Assembly (NCBI RefSeq): GCF_009914755.1
Contig: NC_060939.1
Length of the DNA: 64,000 bases
Strand: one strand, 5' to 3'
Origin: the human T2T-CHM13v2.0 reference genome, Homo sapiens
In this document: positions 29,619 through 49,497 of the stretch, piece after piece
How positions within the stretch are numbered: position 1 is the stretch's first letter
Layout of the letters: every line of letters starts with the position of its first letter
Notes under the pieces: generated by a model
What the model was told of the DNA's origin: nothing
Databases searched by the model: none
The model's input: only the letters and a program-made list of their open reading frames with translations
Position numbers and translations under genes: made by a program

Positions 29619-31610
29619 ACTCCAAATAACTGGTAGCAAGGTGGCCAGAACTAACCAGAAATATTCTCTGAGATAAGATAGGTTAATAGAATGCTCAGTT
29701 TCCTGCAATATAGTATATTAACTCATGCATTTAGCTCCTATTTATATCTATACAAGTATGCTTAGTCATGCAATTCCAACCCCAAGCTTGGCGGATTGTT
29801 TTGTCTATGCCCTCTATGATTAGATCATAATGTACTAACAATTCTGTTAAATTCAATGTTTAAAAGAAGCACAAGTTTCTTTACACAATTATTGATGGGA
29901 GATAACTTTGCTAACAGACCAAGCTTAAGAAAACTATCATGGTTGTAAGATATGGAGAGAATTTCTATTTTTAAATGACAGACCTCTAATAAGGAACATG
30001 TAACTGTAATTTTCAAACTTGACTTATGGTTGATACTTCCAGAGGTAAGAAAAATGTGGTGACCAAAGAAAGTTAACCTGCGGGGTAAATCATGGGTTAA
30101 AGCCAATTGTTTTTATTAAATCTTCTTATCTTAGTTATCTTCCTAGAACCTTAACCCCATAAATTTTCTAAATTTTTTATTAGCAGAAAATACAATTCAT
30201 TTACTAAATTTACAAAAACAGCTTGTTATCTGCTCAACTGATGAACTGTAAGATGGCATCATGTGCCTTTCAGTGGAGTGTTGGGTACTCAGATGCTCCA
30301 AGGGCTGAAGCAGGTCCTTTGTCTACTCAGCATATGGGTCTCAGTGGAATGGAACCTGCTTCCCCCAAATGTGAAAAGGACTGGGGAAAGTGGTGGGCCA
30401 ATCTATTGCCTGGGATGCACTGACAAGGCTGAGATCAGCAGGCAACATTATTTGCAGCACAGAAGATAAAATCTGACATTCCCTCAGTCGAATTCTCTGC
30501 TCACCACTCCCAAGCCAAGGACTTGACCTTTGAATTTGTTTTCATCTAGTTCATCCCTAGAAACACAAAAGACCTTTCCCATCAAATCTTAACAGGTAAG
30601 CAAATGGTAGGAGTTGGATATTATTGATACAGTCAGATGAATCAAGTGCATCCAGTATCCTTTATCTCTCAGCCAAATCAGAGAACCTACTTTCCCAGAG
30701 AATAACAATCATTACAGTCCACTGAGTCTTGCGTTTCCAATTGTTTCTGTGGCAGCTGGCTACTGGGAAGTTGCTAGGGAATTGAAAGAAGGCAGCGTGG
30801 GGAGGGCAGATGGCTCCTTTGGGTTTATTTCCACTAAACGTTACAGCTGTGAAACCCACTAACGTTCCAAGTGTCATATAAAATGCTTGAAGAAAGGGCC
30901 TAGTTAAGGAGGAGCCAAAGAGCAGCCATCCTGATGTGTTTCTTTTTCTACTGTTGTAGGTGAAGCCCCCGTAAACATTAAATGCAGATACCAGATACAT
31001 AACAAACTACTCAGCCAGAACTCAATCCAAAAGTGTAATCAGACCACAGGAATCGCTAAAACTGATTACAGCCAGTATTTTCTTTACTAAAGGAAAACCC
31101 AGGAAGATAGCAACTGCCAAAGGAAACAATAAAGGCAGCAAAGGGTGGGACTTAATTGATGAAAGTAATTTTAAGAGCAGACAATATTTATTTTTATCAT
31201 TAGAATGAGACTGTATTGATTTTCCTATTTGTTTCTGAGCATACAAAATGTTCTGAAGACATCCTGCAAATACCACAATAATATGCCTAATATATATTAA
31301 GATGCCAGGAGAACCAAAAAAAGGTGGAGTTGAATAATATCTCAATTAAAATGCACACACACACACATCCACAAATACCTGTGTGTGTGTCACTTGAAAA
31401 AAAAAGTGAATCAAATGATGTAGAATTTTTAAAATAAGTCATGGATACCTAAAAACAATATAGAAATGTTTATATAAAGTATAATCCTGTAATAAAATGT
31501 AGGTAATTCTTCCAATGTTTATAACTAATAAAGATTGACAAAAACTCTAAATTTGGGGGAAAAATTACATGTGCCTGTTTTGTTGACAGCCTTTCAATGT
31601 GATACCTGAA

Positions 31611-31692
31611 TTTTACAATACACACCAGAAACCACTTCATGCAGACCATTTTACAATGCACACCAGAAACCACTTCATGCAGACCATTTTAC
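31611..31692. repeat. 38-bp tandem duplication (2.2 copies)
   Basis: ttttacaat(a/g)cacaccagaaaccacttcatgcagacca occurs twice with 1 mismatch. Confidence 0.95.
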
Positions 31693-32084
31693 TACTTCAT
31701 CCTTGGAATGTCCTTACTTTGAAAAGTTTGTAAAACTATAAGATCAAGTTAACAATTACATAATTTCACCAAAGTGGAGATCCATGTTCACCACATGGAA
31801 CTAAAGACGACGACTGTGGTGGGCCTGTGGGGTGGGAGGATGCACTCATGTGTCTGTTTGCATGCACATGCATGTAAAGATGTACACTGGGTCTTGTCTC
31901 TACATTGAAATAAAATATATATATACAACGAGACTTACATGCCTCTCTTCAGTGATGCAGTATTAATTGTTTATTTAATTTGGTTCAAAGTAAGGTCAAA
32001 CTCTTTCTTATTACTGTATTTTTGCTCTGATTTTTTTTTCCCACCATCTCTTCACGGATGCATAAAACTGAATGTTTTCAGAAT

Positions 32085-32744
32085 AATCCAGGTCACCTCT
32101 TGAATGCTTAAAAACTTATTCCACCAGATACCCTAAATCATCTCTCTCAAATTTGAAGTCCCACATATCTCTAGGGCAGGGGCAAAATACGGCCAGACTC
32201 CTTGCTAAAGCATAACAAGAGTCACCTTTATTCCAGTTCCCAACATATACTTCCTGTCTTCTTCTGAGCCCTGTAAACAGTTCCAACCTCCGCTTGTTAT
32301 TCAGTTCCAAAGTTGCTTCCATATTTTCAGGTTATCTTTATAGCAGTATTCCACTCTACTTATACCAGTTCTCTGTATTAGTCTGTTTTCACACTGCTAT
32401 AAAGAAATAACAGAGACTGGACAATCTATGGAAGAAAGAGGCTTAATTGACTCACATTTCTTTATGACTGTGGAAGCCTCAGGAAACTTACAGTTATGGC
32501 AAAAGGTGAAGGGGAAACAAGGGATGCCTTACACAGTGGTAGGAGAGAAGTGTAAAGGAGCAACTTCCAAATACTTTTAAAACCATTAGCTCTTGTGAGA
32601 ACTCCCTCACTATCATGAGAACAGTATGGAGGAAATTGCCCCCATGATCCAATCACCTTCCAACAGGTCCCTCCCTTCCCTTGACACACAGAGATTACAA
32701 TTTGAGGTGAGATTTGGGTGGGGACACAGAGCCAAACCCTATCA
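32085..32744 (-). mobile_element. MST (MaLR) LTR (32374-32744) plus adjoining internal-sequence fragment
   Basis: LTR tgtattagtctgttttcacactgct...gccaaaccctatca. The adjoining part translates to the MaLR-int-like MEATLEL...WNKGDSCYALA. Confidence 0.88.
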
Positions 32745-32759
32745 GGGTATACACACATA

Positions 32760-33010
32760 CTTAGAAGGCGTAAGTTCTGATGTTTGGCATCAGAATAGGG
32801 TGACTAGAATTAACTGCAATGTATTATACATGTCATAGTAGCTAGAAGAGATAATCTGATTGTTCCCAACACATAGAAATGATAAATACTCAAGGTGATG
32901 GAAACCCCAAATACCCTAACCTGATCATTACATATACTGGCATATAAGAAAGTATCACTTGTACCCCAGGAATATGTAAAATCTTATGTATCCATACAAA
33001 ATTTTTTAAA
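32760..33010 (+). mobile_element. L1MA 3'UTR fragment
   Basis: agctagaagaga...gttcccaacacatagaaatgataaatactcaaggtgatgga...ccctaacctgatcattaca. Confidence 0.75.
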
Positions 33011-33423
33011 ATAAGGATAGTATCTTCTCTACATAAAATTTACTTTCATTTTTATACTAACTGAATCCTATGAAACAACTGTCTTTGGCTACTATAAATT
33101 GCTCTCTTTCTTACATTATGTATTTTACATGTACCTATTTCCCCATAGAAAATAGATTTTAAAAACACACACACAGAATATAGTGAATATTAAGTATATT
33201 AATTTATAATTACTTGGGTAAGAACCACACAGAAGAGAGAGAAAGAGGAAGAAGAGATCTAATCAATGATACATCTATAAATCTCATATATATATATGGT
33301 CTGATTTTTTAAAAAGTATACGGATGGCAAATACAGACAGCCTGGCAAATAAAATAGCAGATTTTCACTTATACTTCCCAACTGTACTGCTACCATTGAG
33401 TAATTCAAAATCTCTTAGACTAA

Positions 33424-33700
33424 CAGGAGTTCTTAACCTTTTTTACACCATGAACCCCATCAACAATCTGGGGATGTCAACGAACCCTTTTTTTCCAATA
33501 ATAATTTAACATTTGTAAATAAAATGCATATAATAAAGGATATCAATTAATTTTTAAAATCAGCAAAATCTTAAAATCACAATATGAAAATAAGTATGAG
33601 CATATCTTTGTATACGTTAATATATAAAAGAAAGAAAACATTGCAGGTATAATAGACGAACCTTTAACAATGATTTTCTGCAAATGTTGAGATTCTACTG
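33424..33700. mobile_element. hAT-Charlie relic adjoining the L1 insertion site
   Basis: Charlie-type terminus caggagttcttaaccttttttacaccatgaacccc. Confidence 0.5.
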
Positions 33701-33715
33701 TTTTTAAGAATTGCC

Positions 33716-34619
33716 GGAGGAGCCAAGATGGCTGAATAGGAACAGCTCCGGTCTACAGCTCCCAGGGTGAGCGACGCAGAAGACGGTGATTTCTGCATTT
33801 CCATCTGAGGGACCGGGTTCATCTCACTAGGGAGTGCCAGACAGTGGGCGCAGGTCAGTGGGTGTGCGCACCGTGCATGAGCCGAAGCAGGGCGAGGCAC
33901 TGCCTCACTCGGGAAGCACAAGGGGTCAGGGAGTTCCCTTTCTGAGTCAAAGAAAGGGGTGACAGACGGCACCTGGAAAAACGGCTCCCTCCCACCCGAA
34001 TACTGTGCTTTTCCGACGGGCTTAAAAAGCGGCGCACCACGAGATTATATCCTGCACCTGGCTCGGAGGGTCCTACGCCCATGGAGTCTCGCTGATTGCT
34101 AGCACAGCAGTCTGAGATCAAACTGCAAGGCGGCAGCCAGGCTGGGGGAGGGGCGCCCGCCATTGCCCAGGCTTGATTAGGTAAACAAAGCAGCCGGGAA
34201 GCTAGAACTGGGTGGAGCCCACCACAGCTCAAGGAGGCCTGCCTGCCTCTGTAGGCTCCACCTCTGGGGGCAGGGCACAGACAAACAAAAAAGACAGCAG
34301 TAACCTCTGCAGACTTAAATGTCCCCGTCTGACAGCTTTGAAGAGAGCAGTGATTCTCCCAGTACGCAGCTGGAGATCTGAGAAGGGCCAGACTGCCTCC
34401 TCAAGTGGGTGCCTGACCCCTGACCCCGAGCAGCCTAACTGGGAGGCACCCCCCTAGCAGGGGCACACTGACACCTCACAAGGCAAGGTATTCCAACAGA
34501 CCTGCAGCTGAGGGTCCTGTCTGTTAGAAGGAAAACTAATAAACGGAAAGGACATCCACACCAAAAACCCATCTGTACATCACCATCATCAAAGACCAAA
34601 AGTAGATAAAACCACAAAG
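33716..34619. promoter_or_regulatory. L1 5'UTR: internal sense promoter and antisense promoter (ASP)
   Basis: CpG-rich against an AT-rich background. YY1-type CAAGATGGC near 33724 and SOX-type AAACAAA motifs near 34183 and 34283. ASP position is inferred from established L1 biology. Confidence 0.75.
33855..34163 (-). CDS. LINE-1 ORF0, open for 102 codons, co-oriented with WDR72
   Basis: ATG at 34163 in context GCAATGG. MAGAPPPAWLPPCSLISDCCASNQRDSMGVGPSEPG... is the ORF0 N-terminus. Expression is not shown by the sequence. Confidence 0.7.
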   Translation of the reverse strand: MAGAPPPAWLPPCSLISDCCASNQRDSMGVGPSEPGAGYNLVVRRFLSPSEKHSIRVGGSRFSRCRLSPLSLTQKGNSLTPCASRVRQCLALLRLMHGAHTH

Positions 34620-35635
34620 ATGGAGAAAAAACAGAACAGAAAAACTGGAAACTCTAAAACGCAGAGCGCCTCTCCTCCTCCAAAGGAACGCAGTTCCTCA
34701 CCAGCAACGGAACAAAGCTGGATGGAGAATGACTTTGACGAGCTGAGAGAAGAAGGCTTCAGACGATCAAATTACTCTGAGCTATGGGAGGACATTCAAA
34801 CCAAAGGCAAAGAAGTTGAAAACTTTGAAAAAAATTTAGAAGAATGTATAACTAGAATAACCAATACAGAGAAGTGCTTAAAGGAGCTGATGGAGCTGAA
34901 AACCAAGGCTCGAGAACTACGTGAAGAATGCAGAAGCCTCAGGAGCCGACGCGATCAACTGGAAGAAAGGGTATCAGTGATGGAAGATGAAATGAATGAA
35001 ATGAAGCGAGAAGGGAAGTTTAGAGAAAAAAGAATAAAAAGAAATGAGCAAAGCCTCCAAGAAATATGGGACTATGTGAAAAGACCAAATCTATGTCTGA
35101 TTGGTGTACCTGAAAGTGATGGGGAGAATGGAACCAAGTTGGAAAACACGCTGCAGGATATTATCCAGGAGAACTTCCCCAATCTAGCAAGGCAGGCCAA
35201 CATTCAGATTCAGGAAATACAGAGAACACCGCAAAGATACTCCTCGAGAAGACCAACTCCAAGACACATAATTGTCAGATTCACCAAAGTTGAAATGAGG
35301 AAAAAATGTTAAGGGCAGCCAGAGAGAAAGGTCGGGTTACCCTCAAAGGGAAGCCCATCAGACTAACAGCGGATCTCTCACCAGAAACCCTACAAGCCAG
35401 AAGAGAGTGGGGGCCAATATTCAACATTCTTAAAGAAAAGAATTTTCAACCCAGAATTTCATATCCAGCCAAACTAAGCTTCATAAGTGAAGGAGAAATA
35501 AAATACTTTACAGACAAGCAAATGCTGAGAGATTTTGTCACCACCAGGCCTGCCTTACAAGAGCTCCTAAAGGAAGCGCTAAACATGGAAAGGAACAACC
35601 GGTACCAGCCACTGCAAAATCATGCCAAAATGTAA
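34620..35635 (+). pseudogene. L1 ORF1p, frameshifted (1-nt deletion near 35298)
   Basis: Split into a 230-aa ORF and a 109-aa ORF. Reads GAAATGAGGAAAAAATG where the recalled consensus is GAAATGAAGGAAAAAATG. Confidence 0.93.
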
Positions 35636-35674
35636 AGACCATCGAGACGAGGACGAAACTGCATCAACTAATGA

Positions 35675-39527
<3,853 letters not shown>

Positions 39528-39784
39528 ACAATTAGATCACATGGACACAGGAAGGGGAGCATCACACTCTGGGGACTGTTGTGGGGTGGGGGGAGGGGGG
39601 AGGGATAGCACTGGGAGATATACCTAATGCTAGATGACAAGTTAGTGGGTGCAGCGCACCAGCATGGCACATGTATACATATGTAACTAACCTGCACAAT
39701 GTGCACATGTACCCTAAAACTTAAAGTATAATAATAAAAGAAAAAAAACTTAAAAAAAATTGCCTTTAGACTTACTGTATGTTG

Positions 39785-41085
<1,301 letters not shown>

Positions 41086-41113
41086 CTTTTTTATTACAGC
41101 AAACATGTAAAAT

Positions 41114-41140
41114 GATAGACAGACAGACAGACAGACAGAC

Positions 41141-41180
<40 letters not shown>
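41114..41180. repeat. Compound (GACA)n(GATA)n tetranucleotide STR
   Basis: Read directly from the sequence. Confidence 0.97.
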
Positions 41181-44100
41181 GTTTAACAAAAATAAAGCCA
41201 GTATTCCACATACAGTAACTTCATACATCTTTTCTGCAAACACTGTGTGTTAAGTATCTTCATTATTACCATGAGGAAACTAGGGCTCTGGTCAATTTAG
41301 GGATTTGCCAAAGACTGCACATGTTAACAGTGGAAAAATCTTCTTTCTTTGAACACTAAGCAATAGAATTAGTTTGACAGATTAAAGGTGAATAATTAAT
41401 CATGTGGCATTACTTGTGCTCATGGAAGCTAAATATTTTTTCATTCAATAAATATTTGTTGAGTTCTTCCTATGTGGCAGGTGCCATATCAGCTTCTAGA
41501 AATAGAACAGTGAACCACACAGGCAGAATTCTTGCCCTCAAGATGTTTTCAGATTAGTGAGAAAGACAGATGTTAACCCCAGAAATGTAATTATGAGAGG
41601 TGAAGTGCACTGTGCTATGGGAACAAGTCATAAAACTCTCCCCACAGGAATACTTATCAGTACACTTGGACACTTTAGTATATTCCATATGCCACTTTCT
41701 TATATGTTGCTTTATATTTTTTCAAATTGTTTCAAAGGTACAAGTTTTCCCTGATTACACTGAAAGCTCTTTAAGGAGGGAAACCATATGTGATAATTCT
41801 AGTGTCCTTCACAGTGGTATGCATTTCACCAGAACAGGAAATAATTATTGAGCACAATTAGAATGGAGAGAAGGAGTTAAGGAGTCAGGAATAATGAATC
41901 CTTAGTACACACTAGTACAGTAATTCATGAAGGATTTATAATAAATAATAGTTAATGTTTATTCAGCCCTCGCTGCCATTAAGAGATGGTGTTTTGAGGA
42001 GTTCAAACTTGATTTATGTAATATAGAATAAAAAGAGTGGAACAAGAATTCAAACCTAGGCAAGCTGACTCCCAGGGCTCATGTACATAACTCCTCTGGA
42101 CATTGTCGCCTACTTAAGAGATCAAATTTTGACAATTGTGTAAATATTTCATAGCTAAACTGCAAAGTTCATATACAACAGCATGTGCATACACATGCAA
42201 ACATACGCACATGCACAATATTGCATGAATCAAAATCACAAATTGCAGTGGAACTGTGATAACTAGGGCAAAGGAGACAGAAACAAAGATTCAAAAAATG
42301 GTCAGTAAACTAAAAATATATGTCGAGTAATAACATCAGTAATTATTATAATAAGAAAGAGGTCTGGAAAAGGTGACATAGGAAAAATCCCACCCTATAC
42401 TTTAATGTATCCTATTTTTTCTTTCCTAAAACCAATCAACCCAAGAGGGTTCCATCTGTAATCTACCACAACAAAATAACATGGCTTCGAGAAAATGACA
42501 TACTAGAGAGACTATTACCTGCAGGATGCGGCATACCCCAAACCTACTTTTAACATACCTATAATGAAAATCGTATACTGGTTATGCTCACAAGACTGTC
42601 AACACAACATAACTTTGACCTGATATCTACAAAGCGGTGACCTTGAGGAGAAAACCAAGCAATATTGTTTCTGAGAATGGTATAGTTGGTCACTAGTGTA
42701 ATTTTTAATGTTATTTTATATGTATGGGAATAGTAGATGTTGTCTACCATAAAAGAAGGTGACCAAGTAAAACCTGTGGACTGGCAAATTACTTCTCCAT
42801 GTAGTAAACTTGTATAATATTTTGGTGTGGCAAAGTAGGAATTTACCACACAATTCTAGTCTATTGAGGCAAATACAGCTATATTTCTGAAAAACGTGTC
42901 TTGCACATATTCTACATACCCCTCACTGTAAACTATTAAAGCAAACTCAAATCTATACGACAAGATTAAACACTGAATATTTTTGAAAAACATGAGCTAT
43001 TAGCTGTTGGTTGACAAAACTCATTTCTTTATATTTTTATCTTTTCCTTTTTTCTTCTAAAAACTTTTTAAAATTAGTTATTTCAAAGCCTATGCACTTT
43101 GAAAACATGGAAGAACAAGTGCTCCACTTTGCAGTATTGTGGATTGAATAATTTTCCAGCTAACTACTACTATTTCTAATAAGAAAAAGAAATTAAAAGG
43201 TGGAAGTTTTGACTTCTTACTGGCAAGGCAAAAAAAGAAAATTTAACACCTGTGGTGAAAATAACTCTGAAACGTATCTTCTTCCTTACTTCCTTAATTT
43301 CTTATGAATAGGTTTTGTTTCAATGCTCTGTACAAAAAATGTTTGTTTTAAAACTTGGAGTGTGTTTTCCTACAGAAACCACGTCATAATCAGAGGCTGG
43401 GTGCTCATGCTATGCTATAATCATGAGGCTTTCTGCTCAGTGTTACACAGTCCACATTACCTGAGCAGGAACTAGAAGAAATGAACAAAAACAGACTCCC
43501 ATGGACCCTGATTTCTACCTACTAATTGGTCAAAGACTTCAGTCCCCTAAACCCAAGCCCCAAGCTGCTTCTGAGATGTCCTTAGGTCTGGAATCCACCA
43601 TGGATACAATACTTTTAAATATTCCTCCTGGAGCCCAGCAGTACCTGGGAAGAAGCCAGCCCAGTTCTCCAACAGGAGTCACGGGATGTGGACTGGCAGC
43701 TTTCCATGGTCTGTGCAGAGATCTGTAGGAGCTTGCTGAGTAAGGGAAGCAATTTCAGCATTTTTATATTTTGGCACCTATCTTCCTATGAGCACAAGAA
43801 AGACAGCCCTGAGCAGTGATACATAGCTTTTGCTTCTCCTCCCTTCCCATCAGCTGTCGCTTCTGCTATCAGAGTGCCAGCCACGAACAGCCTCCCCACT
43901 TGTAATTTGCTGCGGCTAATCTGTCATCTGAGAAATCAGATGACCAGAGCCGTTAGAACTATGTGTAAATTTAGAGCCAAACTCTGAAAGACAGCCAGAG
44001 ACCCTCTCCTTTAGGAGATCTTATAGCAGGCTTCCTGGCAGCCATCTCCTTTCTTTTCAAAGCTGTTCTTATCTAATTCCCTGCTTGACAGTCTCAAAAG

Positions 44101-44378
44101 GCTGACCTCCATCTGCAAGAGGTGTTTGCATTGCACGATAAGTGAAGAACACACCAGAATGGAAGAAGGAGACATATAATCTAGTGCCTGTGCCAACACC
44201 TACTCTGGGGACCTTCAAACTCACAAAACCTCTCTGTGTTCTATTTCCTCACTGGTAAAATGGGTATAACTATACCTGTCCTGCTTAACAGTGAGGCAAA
44301 ATGGATCAAACATTTTCTACTGCTTTAAGAATGAGTTATTATGAAATCAATGTATTTAAAAAGAACAATCATCATTCT

Positions 44379-44605
44379 CAGGGGTCTGTAAACTATAGAT
44401 GCAGGCCAAATCAGGCCTGCTGCCTGTTGTTGTAAGTAAAGTTTTATTGGAACGCAGCGTCACCCTCTCCTTTATGTAGTGTCTATGGCTTCACTTATGC
44501 TACAATAGGAGAGTTCAGTAGTTGTAACAAAGATCATACGGACCACAAAGCAGAAAACATTTACTATCCAGCCCTCTACAGAAAAAAGTGTTTCTGATCC
44601 ATCTT
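44379..44605 (+). mobile_element. MER58A-like hAT-Charlie MITE
   Basis: caggggtctgtaaactat...gccaaatcaggcctgctgcctgtt...aaagttttattggaac. Confidence 0.8.
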
Positions 44606-46742
44606 AAGGTATTTTTAAAAAGTATTATTTTTAAGCAAACAAGGTTTCATTGTCCCACACAAAAAAGTGCAATTACTTAATATGGCATATTTCCCAACAC
44701 AGTTTGTACACTTAACAGAAGACCTTCAACAGAAAGTTACATTAATAACACACAAGAAATTCATTACACAAATTATCTGCTATGTAAATCCACTACTGTG
44801 AAAAGAGTAGTACTCAGAATTATTTTAAATTCAATTCTTAAAAGAATAATTAGCTCAGAGCTAAGATTTATTTCTGGTATGTAATTTAGGGAAAATAAAA
44901 TCAGTAATACATTATTACGCCTATTGTGTCTCACAGCAATGAGGGCGACCAAGCCGCCCAGAGTTGTCAGTGCCAAATACACTGTGGGAGCTCAAATATT
45001 AATCAAATTGACATCTGCAATATTTTCCTTTCCTAATCAGGCCTAAACATCATGGGACATCCGGCAAATCAATAAGCAAAACTAGATGCCCTCATCACTC
45101 CTAACCTGGCAGCGCCACATTTTTAGCCAGAGGACGAGGGCCCTCAGTGTCACATAAACATTTCTTTACCTCAGTTGTTTGCCACTCCCAAGAGTGTGTC
45201 CACCTACGACCCCAAAATTTACCCTGTCATCCATCTCACTATGCCACCTATCACAGAAAGGAACACCCTTATCAGTCCAAGATAAAATAGGCACAGTGGT
45301 ACATGACTCTAGAATATGCTTACGTATTCTGCCAAAGAGACTCGTAAGTAAAGTGAGAATAGGCTCTTATAAAGTATTCGTGAAAAACGCAAGAGGCCTC
45401 GCAAACTTTCCTCTATAATCGAGGAAGGGTGGCACAGGGACTTATGCTATACCCCATACTCCCCAAGCTCCCACCAAGGCAGACTTCTGGCAAGTTGAGA
45501 ATTAATTACTTTTGGCTTCAAGCCCCTTTTCCTGCCTTTTCTTTCTAGGCCCCTTTCCTCAAAACTCTTCTCCCACTAACACCTCCTATTTTCTCTCTGT
45601 GGGCTCTGGAGTTGCTCTAGTGCTGAAAGATCTGATAAATACCTTTATGTCAATTTATTCCTCCTTCACGTAGTTAGAGGAGGCAGAGTGCTGGAGAAAT
45701 GAAAGTAGGAATAGGTCTGTCCACACATGGAACTAAGTGTGAACCCTGTGGAGAGAATAGTAAAACTAAAAGGCCAAGGCCCAGGAAAAATTGACTGGAG
45801 TAGGAAATACACAGACCTTCACCTGAGGAGGTGAAATATGCCCTGTGAACTCCAAAACCCTAGGGAAGACTTGAAGCAGAAAGCTAAGGACCTGCTTACA
45901 GTTGGGCAGTCAGGATCTAAGAGCCATAACTGGCCAATGTTAAGGTGAATTAATTCATACTCAATCTACTGAGGTAAGGGCACTTGGATTAATTAGTTCA
46001 CTCATTCATTTATCATTCGTGTGCCAGGCACATCCATGAGCAAGTATATTCCATACCTTCAAATAGCTCTTTTCAGCCTGTTTTGGCTTTAGTTCGTATT
46101 TTCCCCCTAGCTTTATGAAAATATAAATGGAAACACTTCCTGATCTCAGACCATTCAACCTTTGTAAGTAAAGAATAAAACAGAAATCAAGTGCAGTAAA
46201 CATGATGGAAGCATCTTAGCCAGCTGAAATCTGGCTTGGAAAAGAAAACATAATTCACTAAATTGTAACCAAAATTAAAATTGCACAGATTAAAGGCAAA
46301 ACACAACAAAGGCAATACCCAACACGAGAATAAAGGAACAGCATAAACTTATTCAAAAGGAATGAATGTGATATAGAAAGTTGGGCCACCAGCCACCTTC
46401 ACAGGGTGTTGTAAGGCTCAAATGAGGTGGTCAATGGGATTGTGTCTAAAGAAGTGAAGAGGCACGTCACAAATGTGAAGGTCTGGGTAGAATCATTAAT
46501 ACTATCATCACCAATTATAAGCTCATCTTAAGATGAGTTGAGATTGTTTTTAAACTATTAATATAGACAACCAAAAGATGAACAACTTATATTCTCTAGG
46601 TTACTTTGGCACTAAACCTATGCATACTGTTTGATACGGAAATTCTAAAACAAACTTTTTATAGAAAATAGTATAGATAACCAACTATAGGAGATTCCTC
46701 AATTAAAGCCTAGTATGTCCATAATGACAACTCTATCGATTA

Positions 46743-47225
46743 TTGTCCATGTGACAACCCACTCCGTCCTTTCCTACCCTTCTGTGTCCTTCCTTTTTTG
46801 TGCACAGGGAGGCTGATGCCCAGAACTGAATGCCCTTCCTCTCTCACTTTCAGTGGATTAAATTAATGGACGTGACTGCAGAAGAAAAAAGAATTTCTTC
46901 CAACCCTCCCCTCTCTATGTGAGTCCTCCATCTCTGGCAGGAGCTGCTTCTTTTCTATGACTTCATGGGGTGACCATTCCTCCTGAGCTTCAACTCTCAC
47001 TGGGTTCCAACAACAATGTTTTCTCCTCTTTTTGCTTCAGTCCTAGAGGTGGCCAGAGCTTCCTGATGCTGCCAGTGCCTGGGTGCTGGAGGCCCTCACC
47101 ATCCATTCCTTGTCTGGTCCCTAATCCCTGCCCACACCTCTATAAATAGTCCTTTCATTCAAGTTTCTTCATTTGACCCATCTGGGTTGACTTCAGTTTC
47201 CTGCCAGGACTGTGACTGAAATACA
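46743..47225 (-). mobile_element. LTR33-like ERVL solo LTR
   Basis: Reverse complement begins tgtatttcagtcacagtcctggcaggaaac...aaggactatttatagaggtgtgggcaggg. Confidence 0.65.
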
Positions 47226-47304
47226 ATATAGACTAAAATACAGTAAATATCTATTTATTGACATAGAAAAATGTCTGACAGAAAGTAGATCAAAATATTA
47301 ATAG

Positions 47305-47501
<197 letters not shown>

Positions 47502-49113
47502 AAGAGCACTTATTAAGTAGTAGGATAGGATTATTTGTTTTTCTTTATATTTATTTTTCAAACGTTCTTCAACATTTGGTTATGTATTTGAGGGTGTATA
47601 AAAAAGAAATAACAAAATTAAAATACAGAATGGGAATAAATATAATCTCAAGAAGTACTAATGGTTTGGCTTTGCTTTACTTCCCACTCTGGCAAAGAAA
47701 TACATAAATAAAAAGTTACATAGCCTAAGGGTATCCCGATGGGAAAAGGGGACCATAAACACTCGTGAGTGCCCAGATATTTATTTATTCTTGCTGGATT
47801 CTATCACCTATGAAAAATATGTTTAGTTACCAAGTGTTCACAACTGAAAATGCAATTGGGCACATTAATAAGCATATGTGATTTACAGGCTTATATTTTA
47901 TAAGCAGAAGTCAAGACTTTGCTGCATTCATTGATAATAACAATAGTCAACTATTACTAAGGGCTAACCACCTGCAGGTACTGTTTATAAGCATTGTAGG
48001 TATTAGCTCATTTAATCCTGATAGGAAGGCAGTATTATTACCCCATTTCATAGATGAGGAGATTGACAAGCAAAGAAGCAATGTAATATGATCCGAGGTC
48101 CTATTAACAGGTTCTGGAGGCAAGCCCAGGCTTTAGGGCCTATTTTATCTATTATAATTAACTGTTGCTCAAATCAAGAATTCTAAAACTCCCCTAATTT
48201 TGTGTATATTGTGCAAAGAACAAGCAAGACCCTCAAACTGGTTCACCACTTATTAGTTGTACAGTCTTGTACATTTATGTATCACATCTGCAAATTCCTC
48301 ATCAATAAAATGGTGAATAATACTTCTCTGACCTACCTCAGAAGTTGTGAGAATCTGATGGGAAAATGAGCAGGAAAGCCCATCAAAGCTATAAAACAAT
48401 TTACAAATGTAAGGCAGTATTAGGTTGCACCCTCTAAACACTAGTACACTAGTCATCATCACTTACACATGACAGTAAAATGCAAAGAAAATAGCAATTA
48501 TTTTGGTGAAGTATGGCTCTAAACTATAATATTATAAACTATCCAGTCTGTTAATAACACCCAACATAAAACCACCACTGATTAATCAATAAAAATCATG
48601 CTACAGTTTCAGTGAAATGTACTCTCAAACGAACTCCCCTGACTCACGTTCATTAATTACCTCACCTTATTTGATATGTTCCAGCATTTTCTGGAATGTA
48701 TTACTCTCAATCTTTAGTTATTTAGTAATTGTTTTTTAATTTTAAAAAGTTCAAACTCTACATTCTCTATGATATGATATCAAAAGTTCAATTGAGCCAC
48801 TCAGTTTTCAGTTTCCCTGACTCAACTTTTTGGAGTTTTATAATTAATTATATTCCATTATTACTGATCATCAATTAGCTCAAAATGTTGCTGAGATGGT
48901 GAGCATGCTGAAGAAAGCAGAATTTAATGATAATTTGAGACCAGTAGGACACTAAATTTCTCTCTTGTTAATAATTAAAGTAGATAACTTATGTTTTTAT
49001 TTATAGCTTCCAGAAATATCCGGCTCATTCCTGTGCACTGCCCTGTCAGCTAATCATCAGTTGGTCAGGATCTGACTTAGGCCGTTGTGTTTAATTTTGC
49101 ACACATGCCTTTA

Positions 49114-49497
<384 letters not shown>

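Noticed and set aside
31611-31692. CRISPR-like direct repeats
   Set aside because: The copies are adjacent with no spacer, in a eukaryotic intron with no cas genes.
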